The translations under genes were made by a program, and so were the position numbers. 64,000 bases of DNA from Candidatus Methanomethylicia archaeon (lineage in GTDB: Archaea; Thermoproteota; Methanomethylicia; Culexarchaeales; Culexarchaeaceae). Shown here in pieces: positions 8,554 through 19,276 of this stretch; within the stretch, counting starts at the first letter, position 1; the number at the start of each line of letters is the position of its first letter. The notes under the pieces are model-generated. The model saw only the letters and a program-made list of their open reading frames with translations, searched no databases and had not been told where the DNA came from. The stretch is from assembly GCA_038727515.1 (NCBI GenBank), contig JAVYVS010000001.1, positions 602,946-666,945 of the forward strand, in the 5' to 3' direction.

Positions 8554-11535
8554 TTATTTATAGGAGGAGGACCATTCCATAGCGATATGTCTAATGAATT
8601 TTGCAACCATCATAGAAAGTTTTTCAGAAGAACTTCCAATACTCTTAACATACAATAGTATTTTACATTCACCATTATCATCAACATAAATTTCAAGAAT
8701 ATTCCTACTAGTATTCTTTGAAGCTGTACCTGAACCAATATCATATGTAAAAGTTAATTTATGTATATCTCTACCGGAAACCTTATCAACCCTTTTATCA
8801 ACAATTCTAATACTTTCTTCTATTGAAGTTGGATAACTTTTAATCTTATTAAAAACATAACTTAAAAACTCACCGATATATTTAGGATCCAATTTTAATG
8901 GAACTTCATATATATCAATTCTACCTTCAGGTGTATATTGAATATTACGCTTTATATTCCAAAGTTTAGAGGGTACAACTATCAATGCAGATCTAAAGAC
9001 AATTGAAGATCCAATCACTAAAGCGATTAATGAGAGAATTATGGAAAAGAATACCCATAGAAATGAAATCTTTGGGAAAACTGCAATTCTACTGAAAATA
9101 GACATAACTTTATATAAGAAGATTCCAAAGGCATATCCAATGGATCCAGCTGAGAAACCCATAATTATAGATTCATTAATGAAAATTCTAAATAATTGTG
9201 AGGGGGAAGCTCCAAGAGAAGTGATAACAATAGATTCATACTCTCTTTCACGAAGTGATGCGATGGCAGATATTGTAGCGTTTAGTATTATTAAGATCAT
9301 TGGTATAAATGCTTCAAACCCACTTGAAGAAAGATACTCAGCTAAAATCATATTTATACATTCATCACCAATTAAAACAGTTGAAAGTATATTTCCACCT
9401 CTGAGAGCAATAGTTTTACCAATTGAATAAATATCAGTATTAAGTTTATAATATACGTAAACTCTACTCACACTCAACTCAAAACTACTAATGTCAGACC
9501 AATGTATGAAAACAGTTTCACTTGGCTCACAAATTCTAGATTCATAAACATTTGGAACACCATCTTCACCCTTCATACTTAAAATCATCTTATATGGTAA
9601 AACATGTCTACCACTCAATTCACGCAAATTGTAAATAGCATTATCATCAAATAAACCACAAATCTTGAAAAATCTAAATGGATTTCCAACGGGAATGGGA
9701 ATTAAATCTCCAACTTTAAAACCAAGTTTTGAAGCTAGGGATATACTTATTGCAATTTCACCACTTTTACTTGGTAAACCTCCAGTAATAAATGTCGATG
9801 AGACAAGTTTCGCTACTGGATCTGAAGAATCGGAGAAACTTACAATGCCCATTATAGGTGTATTTTCACTAAATCTTGTATATGGAGTAACTCTAGCTTT
9901 AGATTCAGCTCTAAAAGTTTTATATTCAACTTGACCCAATAATTCAATCATATCAAGAACTGAAGAAGGGAGATTTTGTGCATATGGATTATTCTCAGCT
10001 TCACGAGGACTAAAACCAGATACAACATAATGATCTGGAACTCTAATTTCAATACTTAAACCATCAACACCATAATCATTTCTCCTATAATAGGTTAATA
10101 GATCTACTTCAAGAGAAAATGATGTTAAGGCTAGAGAACCAGCTGTAAAAACAATTAGAGAAATTAAAATTAAAATTGTACGAAGCTTTCTCCTCTTCAA
10201 ATTCCTCTTAGAAACAGAAAACAATTCGGCTGAATCAACAATAAATCTAAAACCAATAAATCCACGACTTAAAATCTCTAGTCCAGCTATAAGAATTAAA
10301 GGTGAAAATATTTTGGGGAGAAGGTTAATATCAAATTTTGGGAAGAGAGGATAACTAATAGACAAAATATATAATAAAGATGCATATGAAACTATAGAAA
10401 TAATAATTTTAAATATCAATCGCTCACTAATGAAATACCCGATAGAAACAGAACCAAAAATGAAAAATATCAATAGCAAGTTGATGGATAAAGAAGCTTC
10501 CATATACATCCCATCGATGGTAGAAGATAAACTTTTAAGCAAAACGCAGCAAGACCTTAATGTTGCAAATGAAGCTGAAGGATTATCCCTCTCCAAGTAA
10601 TCTTCAGCTTCATTTATCATTCTATTAATTCTATCAAGTTGAGAGAAAAGACTAGTAGTATAAAAACCATTCATCCTAGCGATATCCAATTTATTTAAAA
10701 CACTATTATACATAGATTTTACAATTCTAAGGGAATCGCTAAGAGAAACATCATAAATAGTAAAATACATAATATCATTTGAAGATAATACTTCAAAATC
10801 ATCAAATAATTTAACACTCAAATAAGATTCTCGAATACTTGGAGTTGTGGTATAAGTAGTTCTACCAAAAATTATAGTTGAAGGAATAGACATAGTCTCT
10901 TGAAAAACACCAGTAATGATTACATTTATTTTATAACCAGCTGGAACAGGAATAACATTACCTTTTAAACCCAACATAGAATATACATTTGATAAATCTT
11001 TAAAATCATATTTCAAAAGACAATTCAAATCTTGAGGCAAATCTTTAACTTCCACTTGATACATAACTCTACTTGCTGGATCACTATAATTAACATGCAT
11101 AAATCCACCAGAAAAAACTAATACTGCAGCTGGAAGCATTGAAAAATTCAAATTTAAACTTTCAATTGTTGAAAGTGGATTTATAGGTATAGATGTACAT
11201 ACTGGAACTCTATCTGGAAATCCACTATTGTAATCAATATGAAAAACGAATATCTTAATGAAGCCACCAGAAAGGTACTTATTGATGTTTAATTGGTAGA
11301 AGCCATTCTCATTTGTTTTCACAGACCCCAAAAAATCACTCCAAGAATAATATTCATGATAAACTATTACAATAGCATCGGAAAGCGCATGCGAATCCTC
11401 AAATTTAAAAACATAACCACTAATGGTGAAATTGGGATTTGACGAAAGTGAACAATCTATTTGCGAAAATAGAAATGAAAAAGTTAAAATCACAAATAAA
11501 GCTCCTTTAATTATGCATTGAATTTTAAAATTCAT
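8554..11535 (-). CDS. large FtsX/MacB-like permease family membrane protein with extracytoplasmic CarboxypepD_reg-like domain
   Basis: 993 aa; signal peptide; CarboxypepD_reg-like beta-sandwich (ISGYVFKFEDSHALSDAIVIV...TNENGFYQLN); two 4-TM blocks, the C-terminal one carrying an FtsX signature (ASLREREYESIVITSLGASPSQLFRIFINESIIMGFSAGSIGYAFG); no ABC ATPase gene adjacent. Confidence 0.5.
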   Translation of the reverse strand: MNFKIQCIIKGALFVILTFSFLFSQIDCSLSSNPNFTISGYVFKFEDSHALSDAIVIVYHEYYSWSDFLGSVKTNENGFYQLNINKYLSGGFIKIFVFHIDYNSGFPDRVPVCTSIPINPLSTIESLNLNFSMLPAAVLVFSGGFMHVNYSDPASRVMYQVEVKDLPQDLNCLLKYDFKDLSNVYSMLGLKGNVIPVPAGYKINVIITGVFQETMSIPSTIIFGRTTYTTTPSIRESYLSVKLFDDFEVLSSNDIMYFTIYDVSLSDSLRIVKSMYNSVLNKLDIARMNGFYTTSLFSQLDRINRMINEAEDYLERDNPSASFATLRSCCVLLKSLSSTIDGMYMEASLSINLLLIFFIFGSVSIGYFISERLIFKIIISIVSYASLLYILSISYPLFPKFDINLLPKIFSPLILIAGLEILSRGFIGFRFIVDSAELFSVSKRNLKRRKLRTILILISLIVFTAGSLALTSFSLEVDLLTYYRRNDYGVDGLSIEIRVPDHYVVSGFSPREAENNPYAQNLPSSVLDMIELLGQVEYKTFRAESKARVTPYTRFSENTPIMGIVSFSDSSDPVAKLVSSTFITGGLPSKSGEIAISISLASKLGFKVGDLIPIPVGNPFRFFKICGLFDDNAIYNLRELSGRHVLPYKMILSMKGEDGVPNVYESRICEPSETVFIHWSDISSFELSVSRVYVYYKLNTDIYSIGKTIALRGGNILSTVLIGDECINMILAEYLSSSGFEAFIPMILIILNATISAIASLREREYESIVITSLGASPSQLFRIFINESIIMGFSAGSIGYAFGIFLYKVMSIFSRIAVFPKISFLWVFFSIILSLIALVIGSSIVFRSALIVVPSKLWNIKRNIQYTPEGRIDIYEVPLKLDPKYIGEFLSYVFNKIKSYPTSIEESIRIVDKRVDKVSGRDIHKLTFTYDIGSGTASKNTSRNILEIYVDDNGECKILLYVKSIGSSSEKLSMMVAKFIRHIAMEWSSSYK

Positions 11536-11626
11536 ATTAAATTCAATAAACTTATATTTAAATACAGTATTGATAAAGATTACCTTTTCAACTTATTGAA
11601 AAAAGCATTTCAATTTAATGCTGCAT

Positions 11627-12253
11627 TTAAGAGACATGATTTTTGAATTTTTCAAATATTGTTGGAGCAACTTTTAAAACTTCCCTCAACATTAATTTAG
11701 CCATCTCTCTAATTTCCCATTGTGAATCTACATTCAATCTCAAATTGAAGAAGTGAAGGAGTTCTCTAGCATTCATAGTAACAACAATAGATGTACCAAC
11801 AGCTTGAGGAACTATATACCTCGCATCCTCCCTAGGTATACCAAGTTTCAATAGTTCTTCATAACAATTCATACAACTTTTCAAGGTTTCAGTAAAGATC
11901 TTCTTAGCTTCCTCATTACCTTCAATCGACGGTGGAATAATAAAGTTATTTGGATCTATTTTAACAACTCTATGACTTTGTTGACTATATGATGCAATTC
12001 TATGTCTAACAAGTTGATGCGATGTCACTCTAGATATACCTTCTATCAAGAATGTAAATGATGCATGTTCAATTGGGCTTAAATGACCCATTTCGATACA
12101 CTGTCTTATAAGCCTCTTAACATCATCATCACTTAACTCCATAATTAACTTATCAGCACCCACAATGCTTCTACACTGTCTAATAGCAGCTGCAACAACC
12201 CTTTCAGGATTTGGAGTATAAGAGAGCAATACAACCCTCATAACAAGCACCAA
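11627..12253 (-). CDS. thyX: flavin-dependent thymidylate synthase ThyX
   Basis: 208 aa; ThyX signature RHRIASYSQQSHR (RHRxxxxxxxSxR). Confidence 0.85.
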   Translation of the reverse strand: MVLVMRVVLLSYTPNPERVVAAAIRQCRSIVGADKLIMELSDDDVKRLIRQCIEMGHLSPIEHASFTFLIEGISRVTSHQLVRHRIASYSQQSHRVVKIDPNNFIIPPSIEGNEEAKKIFTETLKSCMNCYEELLKLGIPREDARYIVPQAVGTSIVVTMNARELLHFFNLRLNVDSQWEIREMAKLMLREVLKVAPTIFEKFKNHVS

Positions 12254-12322
12254 AACACAAACTTATTATATAGTATTTGGAATCAAAATATAAAAGCAAT
12301 ATCTATTGGAAGAGTGGTTTAA

Positions 12323-13603
12323 ATGAGTTTAATGAAAAGGGCAAAAATAGGGTTAAAAGATGAAATAATTAAAGAAGTAGCTAGAAGAGAATTTATAAGT
12401 GAAGAAAAGTTGATTAAATATATTTCTGAGGGAAAGGTAATAATACCAAAAAATGAAGTTAGAAGAGATATTAGAATTGTTGGAATAGGGGAAAACTTAA
12501 CAACTAAAGTTAATGTAAACATCGGTACATCAAATCTACATGTAGATCCAGAAATGGAGATTAGAAAAGCAAGGATAGCTGTAAAATTTGGTACAGATAC
12601 AATAATGGATCTAAGTACTGGAGGAGATTTAGATGATATTAGAAGGAGACTTATAAAGGAAGCACCTATACCATTTGGAACAGTACCAATATATCAAGCT
12701 TTCATAGAAGCAACTATTAAGAAGGGTGCAGGAATACATATGACCGAAGATGACATATTCAATGTAATAGAAAGACAATTGAAGGATGGAGTAGACTTCA
12801 TGACTATACATGCCGGTATAACTATGGAGATAGTAGATAAAGCTATGAGAACAAATAGGATAGCTGGAATTGTAAGTAGAGGTGGAGCGATGCTTGCAGC
12901 ATGGATTATAGAAAATAAAGCTGAAAATCCATTATATAAAAACTTTGAATACCTACTTGAACTATTCTCAAAATATGATGCAGTAATAAGCTTGGGAGAT
13001 GCATTAAGACCTGGATCAATAATAGATGCACATGACTATCTACAAATGGCAGAAATGCTAACAGTATCGAAACTTGTTGAAGAATCATGGAGGAAAAACG
13101 TACAAGTAATGGTTGAGGGACCTGGACACCTACCATTAAATCAAATTGAAGCAAATATACGATTAGAAAAACAATTGTGTAAAGGCGCACCATACTATGT
13201 ACTTGGACCTTTAACAACGGATATTGGAGCTGGATATGACCATATAGTTTCAGCTATAGGTGCAGCTATAGCAGCTGCGAGTGGAGCAGATATAATATGT
13301 TATTTAACACCATCAGAACATCTTGGATTACCAAATGAAGAAGATGTAAAAGAGGGGTTGATAGCTGCAAAACTTGCAGCACATTCTGGAGACATAGTTA
13401 AACTTGGAGAAAGAGCTTTAAAAATAGATTTAGAAATGTCTATAGCAAGAGCAAATTTAGATTGGGAGAAAATGTATAAATTATCTCTAGATCCAGAAAG
13501 AGCAAGGGGGATTCATGAAAGATATGGATTAAAGAGCAAGGTATGCACTATGTGTGGAGAATATTGTGTATATAAAATATTGAAAACAAAAAAGTTAGGT
13601 TAA
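12323..13603 (+). CDS. thiC: phosphomethylpyrimidine synthase ThiC
   Basis: 426 aa; ThiC-like throughout; C-terminal CTMCGEYC Fe-S motif. Confidence 0.9.
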   Translation: MSLMKRAKIGLKDEIIKEVARREFISEEKLIKYISEGKVIIPKNEVRRDIRIVGIGENLTTKVNVNIGTSNLHVDPEMEIRKARIAVKFGTDTIMDLSTGGDLDDIRRRLIKEAPIPFGTVPIYQAFIEATIKKGAGIHMTEDDIFNVIERQLKDGVDFMTIHAGITMEIVDKAMRTNRIAGIVSRGGAMLAAWIIENKAENPLYKNFEYLLELFSKYDAVISLGDALRPGSIIDAHDYLQMAEMLTVSKLVEESWRKNVQVMVEGPGHLPLNQIEANIRLEKQLCKGAPYYVLGPLTTDIGAGYDHIVSAIGAAIAAASGADIICYLTPSEHLGLPNEEDVKEGLIAAKLAAHSGDIVKLGERALKIDLEMSIARANLDWEKMYKLSLDPERARGIHERYGLKSKVCTMCGEYCVYKILKTKKLG

Positions 13604-13605
13604 AT

Positions 13606-14283
13606 CTAATCCAAATAAACTTCAACTTCTACTTCGCTTCCATCCATAAGATTTAAAGCATTTCTAATCTTTATTGGAGCTAGAATTTCAATTACATCAT
13701 CACCATAATGAGTTCTTTCAACCAAAATTAATGCACAATCAATACTATTAATTTTAGCCTTAAAACATTTAGCACCACCATAACTCCTATAACCATTGGA
13801 AAAACCAGTAATAACTATACCACATAAAGTTTTTAAAATCCTTTTAACTTCAATATCGGAGGGGCCCTTCAATCTTAAATTTAAAGTTCCAGGATATGGA
13901 TCAAAACCAAGTTTCTCAATGAATTGCTTCCTATAATAGGGTATGCTTGTGTAAAATGCACCTTCACCTAAACCACTAAAAACAACACCCTTAATTTTAA
14001 ATTTCCTCGGAAATTCTCCAAATATCTTACCTAAATTAACATATAATTCCCTTAAAACTGAAAGCCCTTTGTCTGTAACTTTAACTTTTTGACCTTTACC
14101 ATGAACGATCCGATGAATAAATCCAAGTTTTTCAAGTTCAATAAGCCATCTTGAAACACTTTGCTGAGATACCCCTAAATAATCTTTAATAACTACAGTT
14201 TTAACATCTATAAAATCATTTACAGAACCCATAATTGCTAGTTGATAAAGTAGTATTAGTAATCTACCCTTCATAAACACCAA
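13606..14283 (-). CDS. ribK: CTP-dependent riboflavin kinase (archaeal RibK) with N-terminal winged-helix domain
   Basis: 225 aa; N-terminal HTH (YLGVSQQSVSRWLIELEKLGFIHR) fused to archaeal riboflavin kinase domain (GEGAFYTSIPYYRKQFIEKLGFDPYPGTLNLRL), as in MJ0056-type enzymes. Confidence 0.75.
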   Translation of the reverse strand: MVFMKGRLLILLYQLAIMGSVNDFIDVKTVVIKDYLGVSQQSVSRWLIELEKLGFIHRIVHGKGQKVKVTDKGLSVLRELYVNLGKIFGEFPRKFKIKGVVFSGLGEGAFYTSIPYYRKQFIEKLGFDPYPGTLNLRLKGPSDIEVKRILKTLCGIVITGFSNGYRSYGGAKCFKAKINSIDCALILVERTHYGDDVIEILAPIKIRNALNLMDGSEVEVEVYLD

Positions 14284-14328
14284 ATAAAATATGAAAAAGA
14301 GAAAATAAAAGTATAGGTTTCTTATCGA

Positions 14329-16800
14329 TCAATGTAGAATGGCATTGAATAGAAATTTAAATGTTGCTGGAGTTTGACATCTACTATAAACTGGAAATCC
14401 AAATAAAACGATCTTTCCATAACCCTTAGGAATACAAGCTACGGCAGCAGCATCATAAAGATATTTTTCACCTAAAATCCAACCACTTAAAAGTGGATTC
14501 GTACTCGGATATTTAGCTACCACATACTCTTCTGGACATTTAAAAGCTGGACTATTTATAAACATGATTGCCGAATCAATATCCATACCAAAACCTATTG
14601 GATGCTTATTATTCACTATGACCCTCAAAATGGACCCTGGAATATAAAATTCCGTTGGTTTTAGATTCTCAAGTACATTTACAACTGGAATCCACATACG
14701 TTTAATGGGAAGCTCACAGCTCTCATCAATTGTTATAAGTTTACCACCATTCAAAACAAATTCATTTAAATTTTCAACACCCACATCACCAATACCACCA
14801 GCATATTCTGGAGGAACCTCTTCAACACTCCTACCATTAACAATATTATTGAGATTTTGACCAGCAATTATTATAACATCAAATCTAGAATTTAAATTGC
14901 CATTTCTAATTTCATTATTCCCAATACTCATATATGGTATATTAAACATTTCGAATAGAAACCTAGCCCAACCTTCATCAGCATTTGGAATCCAATTCCT
15001 ATATAAACCGATTCTAGGAATTTTGAGACTTATCATATTTACATTTGTTAAATTATCACAAGCATATAGTACCACTGGAAGACCTTTTAGGAAGCTGGGA
15101 AGTTTCTCCTTCAATTTATCATCATTTTCAAATACAAAAGCTCCTGGTGGAAGTTTAACATTAGAAATACTAATTTCATTGGGAATTCTATAAACTTTAA
15201 AATTGTTTAATAGAAGATTAATGGCAAGTTTATATGAAGCATTAGACTCTGGTGAAGCCAGTAGATATTTTGCATTTCTATCGCCAATTATAATTCCATC
15301 TGGATATTTAATCTCCTTTAACTCAACGCTTTTAACATTAAATTTACCATTAACTGTATAAACTTTAACATTCATCATTAATGGAAGTGTCCAAGCAGTT
15401 AAATCATATGGTCTTTTAGGCGGTTGTTCTGGGGATTCTCTTAAATCTGGGTATACTTGTACTTCCAGTAATGTTTTTGCATATCTACCATAAGGTTGAG
15501 CAAAATATATTATGAAGGATCCCTTTGGAAATTCTATTCCATCAGCAATGAAAGATTCTTCAGCCACGTTGATTTTAACCAATCCACGATGTAAAATATC
15601 TAAAAGCCAGTACAAATTATATAAATCCTTTTGATTTGGAGGGATTATAAAGGCGAATGGCCCCCCTTCAGGTTTTAAAGCACGTTTAAATATTTCTATG
15701 GTATTTGCAATCCAAAATCTCCTATACTTAGCAGCATTTCTAAGACATGCAATAACAGCGGCAAGTTCATAATCAATAATGTCTCTTAACCTCCAAATAC
15801 CACCACGCCATGGATATGGATTATTCCATCTTTGTTTAGATGGATCTAAACCAATAACAGGTCTTAAATCTTGAGGCTTTATTTCAATGGGAGTAGCAAT
15901 TTTAACGCTTGCAGCTTCAGAAAGTATTCTTATACCACCATGATAATGCTGATAAGCTCTAGCAGGCGTCCAAGCATCGTATATAGCATAGCAAGCTACA
16001 CCCTTAAATCCTCTACCAATAAGTTCATTAGCCATTGAAGAACCCATAAATACTATTTCTTGTTGAAGTATGGGATCTACATTAGGATCTATTGGGTCAA
16101 GATATGGTGGAAGCCAAAGTCTAGGTCCATATGGACCCATCTGATGTAAATCATATACTATTTGTGGATGCCAACGATTATGAACTTTTTCAACGACAAG
16201 TCTAGTTTCAATTAGATTCAACATAAACCAATCTCTATTATTATCATGACCAGCATATTTATGGTAAAGCCATGGTGGAGCTGAACCTTCATATTTAGTA
16301 CCTAAAGTCTTATTATACCAATTTACAACCATTACATGACCATCTGGATTAAGTGATGGAATTAAGAGTAATATTACATTATCGAGGATTTCTTTAAATT
16401 CATCAGAATCTTCTGTTGCAAGTTTATAGAGAAGTTCTATACTCATCTGTGATGCAGCAATCTCGGTGGAATGAATACTACAAGTAACAAGTACAATTGT
16501 TTTACCTTCATCTATAAGTTTTGAAATTTCATTTTCACTAAGACCTTCAGGATTATGAAGCTTTTCCTGTATACTCCTATAATAATCCAATTTCTTCAAA
16601 TTTTCAGATGAAGAAATTATAGCTAGAATCATATCATTGCCTTCAGTGGTTTTACCCAAGAATTCCACTATAACTCTATCTGAGCGTTCTCCAACAATTT
16701 TAAAATACTCTAAAATTTGATTCCAGTTGGCAAGTTTCCTATCTTCTCCAACTTTAAAACCAAGAAATTCTTCAGGGGATGGAATACCCTTTAAACCCAT
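14329..16800 (-). CDS. M14 family zinc carboxypeptidase-like protein (cytosolic, large)
   Basis: M14 motifs HSTEIAAS (HxxE), SLNPDGH, NNRDW; the annotated ORF start at 16878 overlaps tRNA-Gln; trimmed to the internal ATG (MGLKGIPSPEEF) at 16800. Confidence 0.6.
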   Translation of the reverse strand: MGLKGIPSPEEFLGFKVGEDRKLANWNQILEYFKIVGERSDRVIVEFLGKTTEGNDMILAIISSSENLKKLDYYRSIQEKLHNPEGLSENEISKLIDEGKTIVLVTCSIHSTEIAASQMSIELLYKLATEDSDEFKEILDNVILLLIPSLNPDGHVMVVNWYNKTLGTKYEGSAPPWLYHKYAGHDNNRDWFMLNLIETRLVVEKVHNRWHPQIVYDLHQMGPYGPRLWLPPYLDPIDPNVDPILQQEIVFMGSSMANELIGRGFKGVACYAIYDAWTPARAYQHYHGGIRILSEAASVKIATPIEIKPQDLRPVIGLDPSKQRWNNPYPWRGGIWRLRDIIDYELAAVIACLRNAAKYRRFWIANTIEIFKRALKPEGGPFAFIIPPNQKDLYNLYWLLDILHRGLVKINVAEESFIADGIEFPKGSFIIYFAQPYGRYAKTLLEVQVYPDLRESPEQPPKRPYDLTAWTLPLMMNVKVYTVNGKFNVKSVELKEIKYPDGIIIGDRNAKYLLASPESNASYKLAINLLLNNFKVYRIPNEISISNVKLPPGAFVFENDDKLKEKLPSFLKGLPVVLYACDNLTNVNMISLKIPRIGLYRNWIPNADEGWARFLFEMFNIPYMSIGNNEIRNGNLNSRFDVIIIAGQNLNNIVNGRSVEEVPPEYAGGIGDVGVENLNEFVLNGGKLITIDESCELPIKRMWIPVVNVLENLKPTEFYIPGSILRVIVNNKHPIGFGMDIDSAIMFINSPAFKCPEEYVVAKYPSTNPLLSGWILGEKYLYDAAAVACIPKGYGKIVLFGFPVYSRCQTPATFKFLFNAILH

Positions 16801-16836
16801 GAAATTAACTATGTATAGAACATTGTTTAAATTTAT

Positions 16837-16912
16837 TGGTAGCCGGGGGGAGATTCGAACTCCCGTCGACGGGGCCAAAGCCCGCCATGCTTGGCCGCTA
16901 CACCACCCGGCT
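16837..16912 (-). tRNA. tRNA-Gln (anticodon UUG), CCA encoded
   Basis: Reverse complement reads AGCCGGGTGGTGTAGCGGCCAAGCATGGCGGGCTTTGGCCCCGTCGACGGGAGTTCGAATCTCCCCCCGGCTACCA: 7-bp acceptor stem AGCCGGG/CCCGGCT, T-arm GGGAG-TTCGAAT-CTCCC, anticodon stem GCGGG/CCCGT with loop CTTTGGC (U33, anticodon TTG, G37); resembles crenarchaeal tRNA-Gln. Confidence 0.85.
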
Positions 16913-17045
16913 TTTCATAGACTAAATATTTTTAATATAAACCCAATAATAAATTTTCACTTTCATCCATTAATATTTAATGGGGGTAATCAACATATAT
17001 AAATAATTAAGGATTCAATTGAATGTTTTAATATAAAGCGAAATG

Positions 17046-17054
17046 TTTATATAT
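17046..17054 (+). promoter_or_regulatory. candidate archaeal TATA box upstream of tfb
   Basis: TTTATATAT about 30 nt upstream of first ATG (17083) of TFB ORF; A-rich flank upstream compatible with BRE; not verified. Confidence 0.3.
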
Positions 17055-17130
17055 GAGATTTAAAAACTCATATTTCTGACTCATGGATTGTGATTACATG
17101 TGTAATTTAATTTTAAATGGTGATGATAAG

Positions 17131-18084
<954 letters not shown>

Positions 18085-19276
18085 CTTTCTTCATCTTACT
18101 AACAGCAATTCTAGTTGTAACCTTCAAATCTTTAACATCCATCTTCCTAACTTCTAAGAGACCTTTATTTATACATTCTTCAAAAAGCTTCTCACCAAAA
18201 TCGCTTCTAATTATAACAGTAGTCCAACCCTTAGGGGAATCTAAACCACCTAAAGATATATCTGCTAATCTAGCTGTGAAATCGCTACAATAATCACAAG
18301 ATTTACGTCCATAATCTTCTATCTCTTTTAAACTAATGGATAATAGGATTTCATCTCCAGATTTAACTGTAAGATTCCCCTCAGAAATATCAGTTTTAGT
18401 TATCTTATCTAAATTAATCCCCTTACTAACAAGGAAGTTTTTAAATAATGATGAGTAATAGAATGTTTTTGAACAGAATAATCCTAACGCAAATTTAACT
18501 GGTAAACCATATTTTAAAGCTCCATATTCATGGTATTGCATCTTCCTTAAACCAGTAATTTGACATCCTACACCGACAAATCCTACACTTTTAGTTTCAA
18601 ATTCATCTATAGCGGCAGTTAAAGCTTTCAGATTTGGGCTTGCAGTATACTTAGATCCAGCGCATTCCAATACATCCCTCCTATTAAATGCGACTTTCGG
18701 TTTAGGTTTAAATGGTTCTAAAGAATCTAAACCAGATAAAATAGCGCAATCAATAATTCCAGACTCCAATGCATATATAATTATGGTGGATGCTACACCA
18801 CCATCTTGAGCATACTTCAAAATCTCATTGTCAGTAGATCTAGCTGCATAAACACTCTTCAAATAACCTAGAGATTCATGTTTAAAACTAGATGTAAAAA
18901 TCTTTGAAGAAACACTTTGAACATCAAATGTTGTGTGTGGACATTGAGCATAACAAAAACCACAACCAATACATCTACCAACAATACTAGGTTTTTCATC
19001 TTTTTCATCAATAGCTTTAACGGGACATACACCAATACATGCACCACAAAAAGAACATCTATCAGCTCTAATAACTTCACTAAATAAATGACCCCATATC
19101 TTAACTTTAAGTCCCAGAGACCCATCAGGCTTTATCCTAACGCCCAAAATCATCCACCACAAAAATAAGATATCATAAAAACAATTAATAAGGGTTATCA
19201 TAGATTCAATGGAAAAATAAATATATTAGATTTGAGAGACTTTCACGTTATCTAGATAGTTAAAAGTGGATGTAAA

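Noticed and set aside
14329-16878. Annotated 849-aa ORF start at 16878 (MAPSTGVRISPRLP...)
   Set aside because: Its first 26 codons are the antisense read-through of the tRNA-Gln gene; the start was moved to the internal ATG at 16800.
17083-17130. N-terminal extension of TFB ([16 protein letters not shown])
   Set aside because: TFB family proteins begin with the Zn ribbon within about 20 residues, and the ATG at 17131 has an SD-like GGTGATG. The 17083 start remains possible if the transcript is leaderless from the TATA element at 17046.
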